From Somniosus microcephalus (taxonomy: Eukaryota): a DNA stretch of 64,000 nucleotides. The notes below the pieces were generated by a model. It searched no databases and was not told the DNA's origin. It saw only the letters and a program-made list of their open reading frames with translations. The translations under genes and the position numbers were made by a program. Position 1 is the first letter of the stretch. Every line of letters begins with the position of its first letter. Location: the NCBI GenBank assembly GCA_052327205.1, contig CM126208.1:36270001-36334000 (forward strand), written 5' to 3'. Shown here in pieces: positions 46,736 through 58,924 of this stretch.

Positions 46736-47834
46736 GTTTAGCTCTTTGAGAAATGAGTGCAGATTGTAGCATTGCAGCAACATATTCACAGTCACTCAAA
46801 AGGTGATATTGTGCATTATTAAGTGAGCAAGGCTTTGATGAAATGTTATTGTAGAAATTATATTTAATCAGAAAGTGGGTGGGAGAAATATGTAATCCCC
46901 ACACCGACCGCCCCGGCACCGATCGAGAGATGTGGACCTCCTCCGTCTCTCTCTGCAGCCAAGTGACTGAGATTTGCTGAACTTGCTTCTAAGTGGGGTC
47001 TGAACCGTTGGTGGGAAGGTGGCGCCAGGGCTGGCAGAGAGAGTTGGGGGGCAGGTTTACCCAAATCCGCCTGCTGGGGAACTGGTGGCACCCGTTCGAC
47101 CGCCCGATTTTCACCCCGCACCATTTGACTTTCCGCTGAGGGGCATCTGATTCGATCGGGATTAGGATAGCGCTGGGCAGGTTCAGTTAAAACAAAATTC
47201 TAAATACAAAATTCTTACAGGGCTTGACAGGGTAGATGCAGGATGTTGCCTACTCTTCCCTATGTTGTTGATCCCAACATGGACCACAACAACTGGATCC
47301 TCCCCCCCGCCCTCTCCAACATCCTTTCAAGCCGGTTAGAGATGTCCCTCACCCTGGCACCAGGTAGTCACTCCTTCCCCCTTAGGACATTTAATTGAAT
47401 GCAGACAAATGTAAAGTGCTGCACGTAGAAAGAAAAGATAGATGACACGTGCTTGATGATGGTGATGATTTTGAGTTGCCAGCTTTTTTTTGAGCTATGA
47501 CAGCTTTTCTGAGTTTTGTAGGTTGACAAGTTTGCAACACCATAGCAATAAACAGATGGAGTATCTAACTGGTGGCAATCTTAATCATGAATTGGAAGAT
47601 GATACAATAATAAAAACATTTTCTATTTCTCATTATAAGAGTTACTCATAACAGTCATCAAAATAAATGTAAACACAGGAAATCTTCAATAAAAACCCTA
47701 CTCACTTGGCCCCTCTACTGTACAATATTGAGATCAGTGGGCACCGCAGGGACTGGAGTGGATGCTGGACAATAGTAACAACTTTATTATTTAAGTTTAT
47801 AAGTTTCCTTTGTATTTTTTATGGCTTAGTTCTT

Positions 47835-48675
47835 AGAGAGGGTACAGAGAAGATTTACGAGGATGCTGCCAGGACTGGAGAATTTTAGCTATGAGGAAAG
47901 ATTGGATGGGCTGGGGTCGTTTTCTTTGGATCAGAGGAGGCTGAGGGGAGATTTAATTGTGGTGTATAAAATTATGAGGGGCCTAGATAGAGTGGATAGG
48001 AAGGATCTATTTCCCTTAGCAGAGCGGTCAATAACCAGGGGGCATAGATTTAAAGTAATTGGTAGAAGGAATAGAGAGGAGTTGAGGAGAACTTTTTTCA
48101 CCCAGTGGGTGGTAGAGGTAGAAATCCTCATCACATTTAAAAAGTACTGGGATATGCACTTGAAGTGCAATAACCTACGAGGCTATGGACCAAGAGCTGG
48201 AAAGTGGGTTTAGGGCAGATGGCTCTTTGTCAGCCGACGCAGACACGATAGGCCAAATAGTCACCTTCTGTGCCGTAAATTTAAGAACATAAGAAATAGG
48301 AGCAGGAGTATGCCACGAGATCATGGCTGATCTTCTGCCTCAACTCCATTCACTGGCCCTATCGCCATATCCCTTGATGCCCTTACTAGTCAGAAATCTA
48401 TCGACTTCTGTTTTGAATATACCCAATGACTGAGCCTCCACAGCCCTCTGGGGTAGAGAATTCCAAAGATTCACCACCCTCTGTGTGAAGAAATTTCTTC
48501 TCATCTCAGTCCTGAATGGTCTACCCTTTATCCTGAGGCTGTGGCCCCTGGTTCTAGACTCCCCAGCCAAGGGAAACATTCTCCCAGCATCCACCCTATC
48601 AAGCCCTGTAATAATTTTGTATGCTTCAATGAGATCCCCTCTCATTCTTCTGAATGCAAGAGAATACAGGCCTAT
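47835..48675. mobile_element. Two tail-to-tail CR1 3' fragments (+ 47835-48282, - 48283-48675)
   Basis: RRLRGDL and MRGDLIE C-terminal ORFs on opposite strands. Confidence 0.85.
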
Positions 48676-48859
48676 GTTGTGCTCTTCTAAAAAGTGTGGG
48701 GGGGGGCACTTTTGTTTGACTGGTGGCAGCCCAGCATCTCCTTATTGGTTTCTGTAAATACAAGTTGTTGTTGCTCTTTTGATTAAACAAATCGACCGTA
48801 AATTAATAAAACTTTAGTAGTTGTTGTAATTGTTGTCTTCATGGCCTCTCCAGCCCGCC

Positions 48860-48955
48860 CCCTGCCGGATGTAGCCTGCGGCTGACCCGGCAGTGACGCA
48901 GCGGACGCGCTATATAAGCGCGCGGCGGGGCCAGCCAACCTTTCCTCTTCCCGCT
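48860..48955 (+). promoter_or_regulatory. RPLP1 CpG-island promoter with TATA box and 5'TOP start
   Basis: TATATAAG at 48911; CTTTCCTCTTCCC at about 48940; TGACGCA and CCGGATGT upstream; CGGAAGT downstream; YY1-like GCCATCTT twice in intron 1. Confidence 0.85.
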
Positions 48956-49059
48956 CTGCCCGGTTCGGAAGTGCTCGGTTCTTCTGATCGAAGCTAAGGC
49001 CGAATCCCACCGGCGACTAGCACCATCGGACCCGCAGCCGCGCAGAGAGACTCCTCACC

Positions 49060-49131
49060 ATGGCTTCCACCTCCGAGCTAGCCTGCATCTACAGCGCCCT
49101 CATCCTGCACGACGACGAGGTCACCGTGACT
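49060..49131 (+). CDS. RPLP1: 60S acidic ribosomal protein P1, exon 1
   Basis: MASTSELACIYSALILHDDEVTVT|gtgagt. Confidence 0.96.
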
Positions 49132-50539
49132 GTGAGTGCGGCGGGCGGGCGGCCATCTTAGGGCAGGCCCGGGCCGGGGAGCCGCCATCTTGAGGCAGCG
49201 CCTTGAGGTTTGGGAGGCGGCGAGCCGCCCCGGGAGGGGTGGGGGTGAAAAGGGAAGCGCTTGCCTGGGTGCCGGTCTCGGCGCGACGTGCCCACGGCCG
49301 GCTGGTCGGTGTGGCTGAGTCTGCGGGCCCCGCTCCTCGGGAGACACGTGTCGGGTTCGGACCCTCGGACCAGCACATGGCGAGAAGCCGAGCCCAGCAG
49401 GTGTTCCCCGGGGGGCCGCTCCGTGTTCGGCCGGTCTCTCAATCCCCCCCAAACCGGGCATTGCACCCACTCCTTGCGGCCAGAAGTTTGAATTCCCGCA
49501 GCAAAGTCTGTCTTTAAGCTTTGGAGGTTTTTTTTTCTTCCAGCACCTCAGTTCAGTTGAATTATTTGCTATCTTGCCACTGTTGTCTGGTTATTGCATC
49601 TGACTGCAGGAGTTTTGACTTTGAATTATAATAAAACAAATCCAGGGTGGGGAAATTTGCCTCTAGGCTGGGGCTCCTCCACATGTTTCCCTCTACTTAA
49701 AGGAACACAGTATTGCCAACCCCACCGCCTCAAATCAGGAGGCAAACTCTTGAAAGTTGTAAGTTGATTTTTTCCCCCCCAAAAACATAAACCAGTCTAG
49801 ATTGTGTTAGAAGCTTATAAACCTCGTGCCTGAGGGCTGGTGCTGGCATTGATGTCTGCGCTCGAGCAAGCTGCCCGTGGAGACACGACCTGTGTCGGCA
49901 GCTCACCCCCGAGTATGCAGAAGTGCTTGAAGTTGCGTTTGGTGGCTTTATTTAATCTGACAGGTCACAGCTCTTAGCAAAAACTGCATTATTGCATCTA
50001 AAAATGCTTTACAAAATTTTATTAAAAATCCTACCCGTGTCGGCAGCTTGCCCCAAGTACGCAGATGTGGCCCGAGGACCGATTTTCTATCTATCCTCTT
50101 GCTTTCTGGGACCCCCTGTAACAGATTATTTTTTCTGTATTTAAAAATTAGTTATACAATTAAGCATACATATTTTTGTTTCTCTTTTATGTAAGAGCAG
50201 GAACGTGCCTGGGTTTGATCCCTGGCCTATGCTGAGTTACCAGACCTGAGCTAGGGTGGCCGTAGCCCCTGTTTCCTAAAATCTCAATACTAAACCCCAA
50301 CACGAGGAACGTTGCAGGTATCCAAGTGCGTGACCGGCTTCCAACTTGCTGACATAAGGCCGCGGACGGCTCTCGAAAGGAAGGCTGCTCGTACCTCAGC
50401 CCACGCAATGCACTTTGGAGAAGTTCTTGAACTCCCACTCGGCGACCCTTTATTATTTTAATAAAAGCAGTCAGTGAATGGTCTACGTCCAACAGAGGCC
50501 TGAATCAAAACAAAACTTAACTTCGAGAAATCCATTGGA

Positions 50540-51055
50540 GAACATTCAATGGCATTACCATCGCCGAATCCTGCACCATCAACAGACCAGCCACATAAAT
50601 ACTGTGGCAACAAGAGCAGATCAGAGGCTGGGTATTCTGCGGTGAGTGTCTCACCTTCTAACTCACCAAAGTCTTTCCACCATCTACAAGGCACAAGTAA
50701 GGGGTGTGATGGAATACTCTCCACTTGAGCTCGACCCCATCCAGGACAAAGCAGCCTGCTTGATTGGCGCACCCCCTCCACCACTGGTGTACCGTGGCTG
50801 CAGCGTGTACCATCTACAAGATGCACTGCAGCAACTCCCAAACCCGTGACCTCTACCACCTAGAAGGACAAGAGCAGCAAGCGCATGGGAACACCATCAC
50901 CTGCAGGTTCCCCTCCAAGTTACTACACATTCTGACTTCGAAATATATCGCTGTTGGGTCGAAATCCTGGAACTCCCTTCTCGAGGGCAATTAGGGATGG
51001 GCAATAAATGTATTTGCCAACGACGCCCACATCCCATGAACGAATTTTTTTTAAA
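50540..51055 (+). mobile_element. Non-LTR retroposon 3' fragment in RPLP1 intron 1
   Basis: LSTIYKAQVRGVMEYSPL...IQDKAACLI RT C-terminus; tail gggcaataaatg...catcccatgaacgaa. Confidence 0.7.
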
Positions 51056-52295
51056 AGCCAGTGACTGATGCATTGCAGTAGTAATAGAAGTTCAACTCGC
51101 CCAACCACGTTGCAATGGTTTCCAACAGTGCATGCACAATCTTTGTATCGGAGACTTCCAATTCCACAAAAGGGAGACTGCTGATGGAAAACCCAACAGT
51201 AACTCGTGGGAGACAGTACTATGGGACAAACCAAATCGCGGACCCCCTGAAATATTGTGCATTGCCGGTTGAGAACCCCTGACCTAACCCATGTGTCCCC
51301 AGCAGCCAATCTCAGGAGCCGGTGACAAAGATTGATACAATTGCAAATAAATTGTGACTTTAGTTGAATCGTGAGTTGGGGTGAATTTTCATTTTATCGA
51401 GAGTTGGCAATACTGGGAACAGGAGTGGGCCATTCAGCTCCAGCCTGTTCTGTCATTCAATTAGATCATTGCTGATCTGCATCTTAACACTTTTTTTTCC
51501 TGCCTTGGCACCATAAGCGATGTTAATGCTTCCACATGTACACTGATGCTTCTATCTCATCAGCTTTATGTCTGTACTGTAACTGACAAGTCCTGGATGA
51601 GGATAGGCTTTTGGTTGAACGCTGATGTGATTGAATCATGCTATCTGCCAAATTGCATGCTTGTGTGCCTCTGGCTGTGGTAACCTCCTTGGTGGAGTCT
51701 GGTAGCGTGCAACTGTGATCTACTTTCTGGCACTGGGCTATCCATCCCGAATCGAGTTAATTGCCGAGACTCTAGCATTCACACATCTGCCCTTTCTGTA
51801 ATTAGCTTGAGGGCTTGCTTTTTGAAATGCTTATGCCCTTTCCAAGCTGAACTGGCTATATCTGTTCCAGTGAACTGAACTTTTGCTCATCCCTGTTTTC
51901 ACAATAACCCACAACAGCCGTCGAGTCGATCTGAGCAATTTCCAGCATACACACCCTAACTGGACCTTAAGTTTCCTTGATGTTGGATTAGTTGCTTGTT
52001 CCCTGTTCTACTGTCTGAGGCTGGGTTATTAGTCACTACACCCTGTCCTCTGAACTGCTTTGCCTCGCTATCTCCCTCCTACCCACCACATTGAACATTC
52101 CTTTGGTACCTTGCCCAAATTTCTGCCATTTGTTTGTTCTTTGTGTGAATATGCTTTTATGTGATTAGCACTGCAAATACATGTTTCATTCTGAGCCTTT
52201 TAAATTGGATTACATTCAGACAAGTAAATAACCAGATTGAGATTGCACTCTTGATTGAAGTGAACTATATAAAAGTTGTGCCTTTTTTTTTTCAG

Positions 52296-52370
52296 GAAGA
52301 CAAACTCAATGCCCTCATCAGGACAGCTGGAGTAAACATTGAGCCTTTCTGGCCCAGTCTCTTTGCTAAG
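52296..52370 (+). CDS. RPLP1: RPLP1 exon 2
   Basis: ttcag|EDKLNALIRTAGVNIEPFWPSLFAK|gtaat. Confidence 0.96.
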
Positions 52371-52942
52371 GTAATATCAATTAGTAGCTGGTAGTTTATT
52401 AAGTTTGATCACTTTGGTGTGTATTGGGTAATTTGGTACAGGGCAACTGACACCCCTGCCCCCAAAGGAAAAGAAAACCTCCTGTAACATGTAATTTTAG
52501 AAACTTTCCTCGTGCACAAGGTGCTGCATCTTTGGTCTCGAGTGGGTGTTGTGGACAGAGTATCTGTGCATTTATATATGGCCTTTCATGATCTCAGGAC
52601 ACCCTAAAATAAGTCTCGAGTGAGATTTACACCCAAAACCTTCTGACACTGTGCCAAGGCTGACTCCTTAATGAAAGAATGTGGCACACAATGGGTTTGA
52701 TGCCCCAGGAGGAAAGTGTTTGGCTTGCCTCTGATTTGACCTAAATGAGAATGTCCTGCTGCTACTTGCCATCTATGGGCAAGAATGGAAATGTGGGCCG
52801 AGTAAGAACGGGCGGTGGAACTGAAATTACAGGATTTTTGCAAGTTTCCCCCTGTCACTGTTGCACCTGTAAGAGATAATGGTTTTGATTGAGTGGAAGA
52901 TTGTGAAGACGAAGTAGATTAATTTGCACATTTCTTTTTCAG

Positions 52943-53048
52943 GCATTGGTAAATATTGACATCAACAGTCTGATCTGCAACGTTGGTGCTGGTGGCGGTG
53001 GTGCTGCCCCTACTGCTGCAGCTGTTTCCACTGCTGCCCCTGTTGCTG
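52943..53048 (+). CDS. RPLP1: RPLP1 exon 3
   Basis: ttcag|ALVNIDINSLICNVGAGGGGAAPTAAAVSTAAPVA+G|gtgag. Confidence 0.95.
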
Positions 53049-53304
53049 GTGAGTATTTTAAGGAGCGGCAGGACTAATTCAGATAACTACAGTTTGGAGT
53101 TTAAACCATTTGAGAACACCAAAGATCATTCATTGTAATGTGGTTGCCAGGGTTTTCTCTAACCTTCGATTACTAGATGTTTTAATAACTACATGTTTTC
53201 ATGAATACATCCAACGTTTGGCGGACGAGAATGATTCAGACTTGTGATCAATGTTATTATACTGGTTTGCACCGAAGAACTAAAATCACTTTTCTATCCT
53301 GCAG

Positions 53305-53384
53305 CTGAAGAGAAAAAGGAAGAGAAGAAACAGGAGGAATCAGAAGAGTCTGACGATGACATGGGCTTTGGTCTCTTTGATTAA
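53305..53384 (+). CDS. RPLP1: RPLP1 exon 4
   Basis: ctgcag|EEKKEEKKQEESEESDDDMGFGLFD*; ATTAAA at 53412. Confidence 0.97.
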
Positions 53385-54472
53385 ATGTGCCAAGGAACAT
53401 AAGTGTTAACAATTAAAAATTGAATGCTTTTGTTTACTGAGTGGTCATGAATACACTCATTTAACGGTCAGAGGCTGTGTTCCCACTCATAACTATGCCC
53501 ATTTCTCCCCCAAGATTGAAAGGTACAAAAATTGTGGGGTGAGTGTAAGGACTGATGGGTGTCACAGAAGTCAGTACTGTGTACACAGACTGGTAAACTC
53601 AGCACTAAAATACAAAAAATAAAATCAACTATGAGCAGGAGTGCTGGGATATTTTCCTAAATTGTAACAGTACCGCCCCTTAGGAAAATTATACATTTAC
53701 TGAGCTGCTGTAGGAAAGAAATAATGCACATTTATATAGTGGCTTTCATATCCTCTGGATGTGCTTCATTGCCAGTTGTGATGGTTGAAGAATTAATGTT
53801 GTCCAATCTGTTGAGAGAACTCCCCTGTTCTTTACATAGCCGTGTATATCTGCAGAGGGAGGGTATTTAATATCTTATCTGAAAGATAGCACCCCTACAG
53901 CAGAATACATATGCATAGAGATCAAAGGTTTAAGATTTTTAAAAAGTATTTCAGGGCAGGTAAGGAAAATTGGGACCATCACTCTTACAAAAAAGGTAGA
54001 TGGAAGGCAGTGTTTGCCTCGGTTTTCATAGAAGCTACAGAATCACTAGTTTAGTGGAGGTTATTGTTCAGAGATGGTACCAAAGAAGGTAACAGACAGA
54101 TTAGTTGGAATTGATGTTTCATATCTGAGGAGCTGGAGAACTGAAGGCTGAAATCGCAGATTCTGATCCTAAAGAACTTTGGAAAATTTCAAATGAAAAG
54201 CGGCAGAGGACTGGCAGATGGAACAGCCCTCTTCAAAAAAAGGGATAAGCCAGGAATTATAGGCCTGTTAGTCATAAGAAATAGCAGGAATATGCCATTT
54301 GGCCTTGCGAGCCTGCTCTGCCATTCAATAAGATCATGACTGATCTCCCTCATCTCCTTTCGTACACTATCCCCATATCCTTAATATTCAAAAATCTGTA
54401 TCTTCAGTTTACTACAAAACAAGATGAAATGATAAAACTTAACCTGTTCTGGTATATAAGCAGATGTAGGTA

Positions 54473-54765
54473 CAGGAAACTTTCTTTTATCCGGCAACAG
54501 GACCGATATGGTGCCGGTTCATTAAAAATTCCAGATAACCGAACGCTACAGTACGGAGCTCAGAGCGCCGTCTAAAGCAACAGGTTCAAAACAATGGCCA
54601 CAAGTTGCAAGCGTCTCTGTAGCTTAGCAACAGCTGCAGCCACACCCTTGCACAGTAACACATGGAGGAAGGCAAGTAATAAAAGTTACCTGAACCTACT
54701 CCTGAATTTTGCCGGTTAACTGACATTTCCAGTTATTTAGGGGCCGGTTAATCGAAAGTTTCCTG
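54473..54765. mobile_element. Tc1/mariner (Tigger-like) MITE
   Basis: TA|CAGGAAACTTTC...GAAAGTTTCCTG|TA; related partial copy from about 63745 to window end. Confidence 0.75.
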
Positions 54766-55369
54766 TAATGACAACATTGTAATGTGCTGATGGCACCGAA
54801 TTGGGGGGCGGTGACAATTATTGTGGAAGATACAGATTCATAGAATAGAATCAGAGCATAGGAGGAGGCCATTTGGCCCATTGTGCCTGCACTTTTGAAG
54901 AGCATCCAGTTAGTCTCACTCCCTGGTTCCCCTTTATACATTTTTTTATATCCTATTTATCCAGTTCCCTTTTTTGAAAGCTACTATGAATCTGTTTCCA
55001 CCATCCTATCATTGGTTGAACTCTATACACTTGGGGGTTCCTAAGGCCTCGCTCTGCCAACCTGCACCAAAGCTTTCTGGACCTGGGTAAGTGGGGTTTG
55101 TCCCTACAGGGAGAGTTTGCACTCTTTGTCGTGCAAACAGATTTTACTTGTATAGATTCCTCAGTAACTGAACTTGGAGACTCGAACATAATGATGGGCT
55201 GTACAGCACCTTTAACAATGTCCCAAGGTGGTTCAAAAAATTGATACAGAGCCAAAGGAGGAGTCTGGCATTTCACTAGAGGAAATTGCAGCTCATTCTA
55301 GACTGCATAGTGGACAAGCAGTCCGACAAATACAGGCAGTAGAGCTGGTGTCATCAGTACTTAGGCAGC

Positions 55370-55990
55370 CCCTTGGAACCGAGGATGATTTGCTTCCACA
55401 TTAAAAATGAGTTTGCAGGTGACGACAGAGTCCAATGTGGGACCTACAGTCTCTGTCACAGGTGGGGCAGACAGTGGTCGAACAGGTGTGTGGGTGCTTG
55501 AGTTGACTTGCGCTTGCTCCCAGCGAAGATACTCGGTGTTCGGCACCTTCCCGGATGCTTCTCCACTTTGTGCGGTCTTGGGCCAGGGATTCCCAGGTGT
55601 CGGTGGGGATGTACTTTTTCAAGGAGGCTTTGAGGGTGTCCTTGAAGCGTTTCCTCTGCCCACCTGGGGCTCTCTTGCTGTGTCGGAGCTCCGAGTAGAG
55701 CGCTCGTTTTGGGAGTCTCGTATCGGGCATGCGGACGATGTGGCCCGTCCATCAGAGCTGTGAGCGTGGTCAAAGCTTCGATGTTGGCCTGCACGAGAAC
55801 ACCAACGTTGGTGCGCCTATCCTGCCAATGGATTTGCAGGATCTTGCAGAGGCAGTGTTGGTGGTACCTCTTCAGTGCTTTGAGGTGCCTTCTGTACATG
55901 GTCCATGTCTCTGAGGCACACTGGAGGGTGGGTATCAGTACTCTGTAAACCATGAGCCATGAGCTTGGTGCTGGGTTTGAGGTCCTGGTG
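55370..55990 (-). mobile_element. RTE (BovB-like) LINE 3' fragment
   Basis: MPDTRLPKRALYSEL...GGQRKRFKDTLK...WESLAQDR; CPTCDR. Confidence 0.85.
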
Positions 55991-56139
55991 TACATCAGTG
56001 TACATGTGGAAACTGATCCCATGCTTGTGATGGCACCAAGGGCAGGATGTAGATGGGGGGCGAGGGGGTGCCAAGGATAGATATGAAAAAAGAGTGAAGA
56101 ACTAGATTGCTGAATAGGGAATGGGAGGATACCTTAGAG

Positions 56140-56482
56140 CGGGGGTTGTCAACCGGAGGTCTGTGAGGGAGTTTCAGGGGGTCCACCATAAATAATCTCC
56201 AGGATTTAAACAAAAAGAAAAATACACTGTTGAGTAGAGGTGGCATTGGCCGTGATATGCACCCGTGTTTCCTCCCCTCCCGAACGTCTGTGCGAGGACA
56301 GCGGCATGTGGAGGAAAAGAGGAGCGCGGGGACCAGTACTTTTTTTGCAATGACCTGGTCAGTGGGAGTGGCCCCGAGAGAATTTTTATACAGAAAAAAT
56401 ACTTGTGTTTTACAGGGGGAGGGTCCGTGGAATTTTTATAACACAGGAGGGGCTTCAGAGGCACAAAGGTTGAGAACCCCTG
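56140..56482. mobile_element. hAT-Charlie-like MITE
   Basis: CGGGGGTTGTCAACC...GGTTGAGAACCCCTG; perfect 8-bp TSD CCTTAGAG. Confidence 0.85.
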
Positions 56483-56912
56483 CCTTAGAGGGACCCTGAT
56501 GTGCAGCATAAGTACAAAGCCATAAAAGGCAAATAATCTTTAGTTTTGTATTTTAGAGGCATAGAATACAAAAGAAAGGTGATGTTGAACTTATACAAGA
56601 ACTTGGTTCGACTGTAAGTTGGAGTATTGTGTGCAATTTTAGGCCACCCTAATGGAAAAAGCAAAGTGTAGATTATAAAACTCACGCAGGGTATTTTCCC
56701 CCCTAGTATATGCCGGGCAGGTATTTATTTACACAAATGTCTGACTGCACTGAAAACCTAAGAAGCACCACTAGATGGTGCTAATACCCTGTTGAAAGTT
56801 GAGATCACTTACTGATCTAAAAGCTGTGCTGATAAGAATTAACTTTTAAAACTGGATAGAAGACTTTCTGTAATTGTGTTGGCTATCCCTTGACTTACAA
56901 AATTCAATTAAT

Positions 56913-57220
56913 TCAGATGAGATGTTAAACCGAGGCACCGTCTGCCCTCTCAGGTGGACGTAAAAGATCCCACGGCACTATTCTGAAGAAGAGCTGGCAA
57001 GTTTGGTGTCCTGGCCAATATTTATCCCTAAACCAACACCTTAAAAACAGACTATCTGGTAATTATCACATTGCTGTTTGTGGGACCTTGCTGTGCGCAA
57101 ATTGTCTGCTGCGTTTCCTACATTACAACAGTGACTACACTTCAAAAGTACTTCATTGGCTGTAAAGCGCTTTGGGACATCCTGAGGTCGTGAAAGGCGC
57201 TATAGAAATGCAAGTTCTTC
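56913..57220 (+). mobile_element. Deu-domain SINE, 5'-truncated
   Basis: Homologous to 20860-21155. Confidence 0.8.
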
Positions 57221-58063
57221 ATTTAACCATATGTAAGCTTGCTGAAGGGCGGGTAGTAGTTGAATTGCTGCCCCAGCTATAATTACATAGCACTAACTTC
57301 TTGAATCTCCACCACAGCCTTCACCCGACTCATACTGACAACTGCCCATCTTTGGCCCACTGCTTGCTGACAGAGTTTCTCTCTTTAAACCTGCCAAGAT
57401 CTTTACACTCCTGAAAAAGCCTACACGGCTGTCCTCTTCAATCACCAACTCACCCCCACCCCCACCTTGTTGTAAGGTTCTGAATTGTGTTGTGATTCAA
57501 CTCAGTGCTTACCTCTGCCTATTCAAATCCCTTCAGTATAGCTTCTGTCCTGCCCACAGCACTTAAGAATGCCCTGGGTCAAAGTCACCAATGCCATTAT
57601 GGCTCTGTGATCCTTGTGTTATCATTCCCTGACTTCTCTATGGCATTTGACATGGTTATTCCATGGTATTGCCCTTACATACTCCCACATGCTTGTCTGT
57701 CTCACCAGAGCCAGTATATCTTCTGTAATGGCTTCTTGTTTGTCTATGCAGTCAATGATGTGGTGTGGCCCAAGATTCCATTCGTGGCGCCTTCCTATTC
57801 CTCATCTGATGCTGCCCCATGGGGACATTGTCCATAAACATGGGGTCAGCTAGTTTTACCTCCCCACCAGTTCCCTGTCGCTGTGCTGTCTGGAGCTACA
57901 CATTGGCAAGACGAGGCTGTCCGAGACTCTAAGCTGAGCTTCAAACCCAACATCCACTGACTACCTGGACAGTCTGCTTTCACCTCTTAAATACCACCTA
58001 GCTGTCCTTACCTCATCCCCACTTCATGCCTTTGTCACCGGATTCCGGTCCAACTGTCACTGG

Positions 58064-58258
58064 TGATGTAAGAAAACTACCAGGCACTTGGTCTAAGCAT
58101 TAAACAAAGCTTTAATCAACTGTTTTACAATATGGAGGTCTAGTTGTGTCCTTCACTAGTTCCTGTTAAGAATGTCCTGCGCAAGCTGGGCCCGTGCCAG
58201 AGTATTTATACTCTCCCTGGACAGCGCCACCCACAGGTCGCTCAGTTGATTCATGTCA
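58064..58258 (-). mobile_element. Solo LTR with internal deletion, same family as 41997 and 43631
   Basis: Reverse-complement match; TSD ACTGG. Confidence 0.85.
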
Positions 58259-58924
58259 ACTGGTTTCCCCACTCTTCAATTAATCAATTTCAAAATCCTT
58301 GTACCCATCTTGCAAATCCTACCATGGATTCGCTTCCTTCTACCAGCAAGACCTGCTCACACCATCTGCTCGTAAAACTTCCCAATGCGTTTCACAGAAG
58401 TGTAATCAGAAATAGGAGGTATTAGGAGGGGCGATCAGAAATTTACTCAAAAAGGATGAATTTTAAGGAGGTCGAGGACGAGAGGCTTCTGCAGGAAATC
58501 CAGAGCATGGGCCTAGATGAAGCTACGACCAGCCCCCAGAAAGGATTTAACAAGTACCCAGGAATGTCCTATAGTATTCCTGACCCTGAAAACCTCCCTG
58601 GAAACCTGTGCCACACTGGAGGCGCCAGTACACCTATTGACCCTCTCCCCACTATGGTTATCCAGGTTGGATAATTCCTCCAAGTCCCTCGGTGCACTGA
58701 AGAGTCTACTGCAAACTCACCCCATTAGAACTGAGCCTCTGCAACAAAGAGCTGCCCCACATGTACATCTCAGTCCTCTCAACTGTCTGCCTCCGTGTCA
58801 GATTGGCTCCTGAATACATGACCCAGGCCCTCCACTCAGAGAAAGACTGGAGGAGGCGGCCCTGAGATGAACCCACACAAACTTCACTTGTAGCAAAACA
58901 TGAAACAGTCAATGTAGAATCCTC

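Noticed and set aside
49078-49517. Overlapping ORFs in RPLP1 CpG island
   Set aside because: GC-rich intron 1 or antisense frames; the real exon ends at 49131
49820-50080. Short direct/inverted repeat cluster (gtgtcggcagct) in RPLP1 intron 1
   Set aside because: Probably a decayed MITE; termini and TSD could not be fixed
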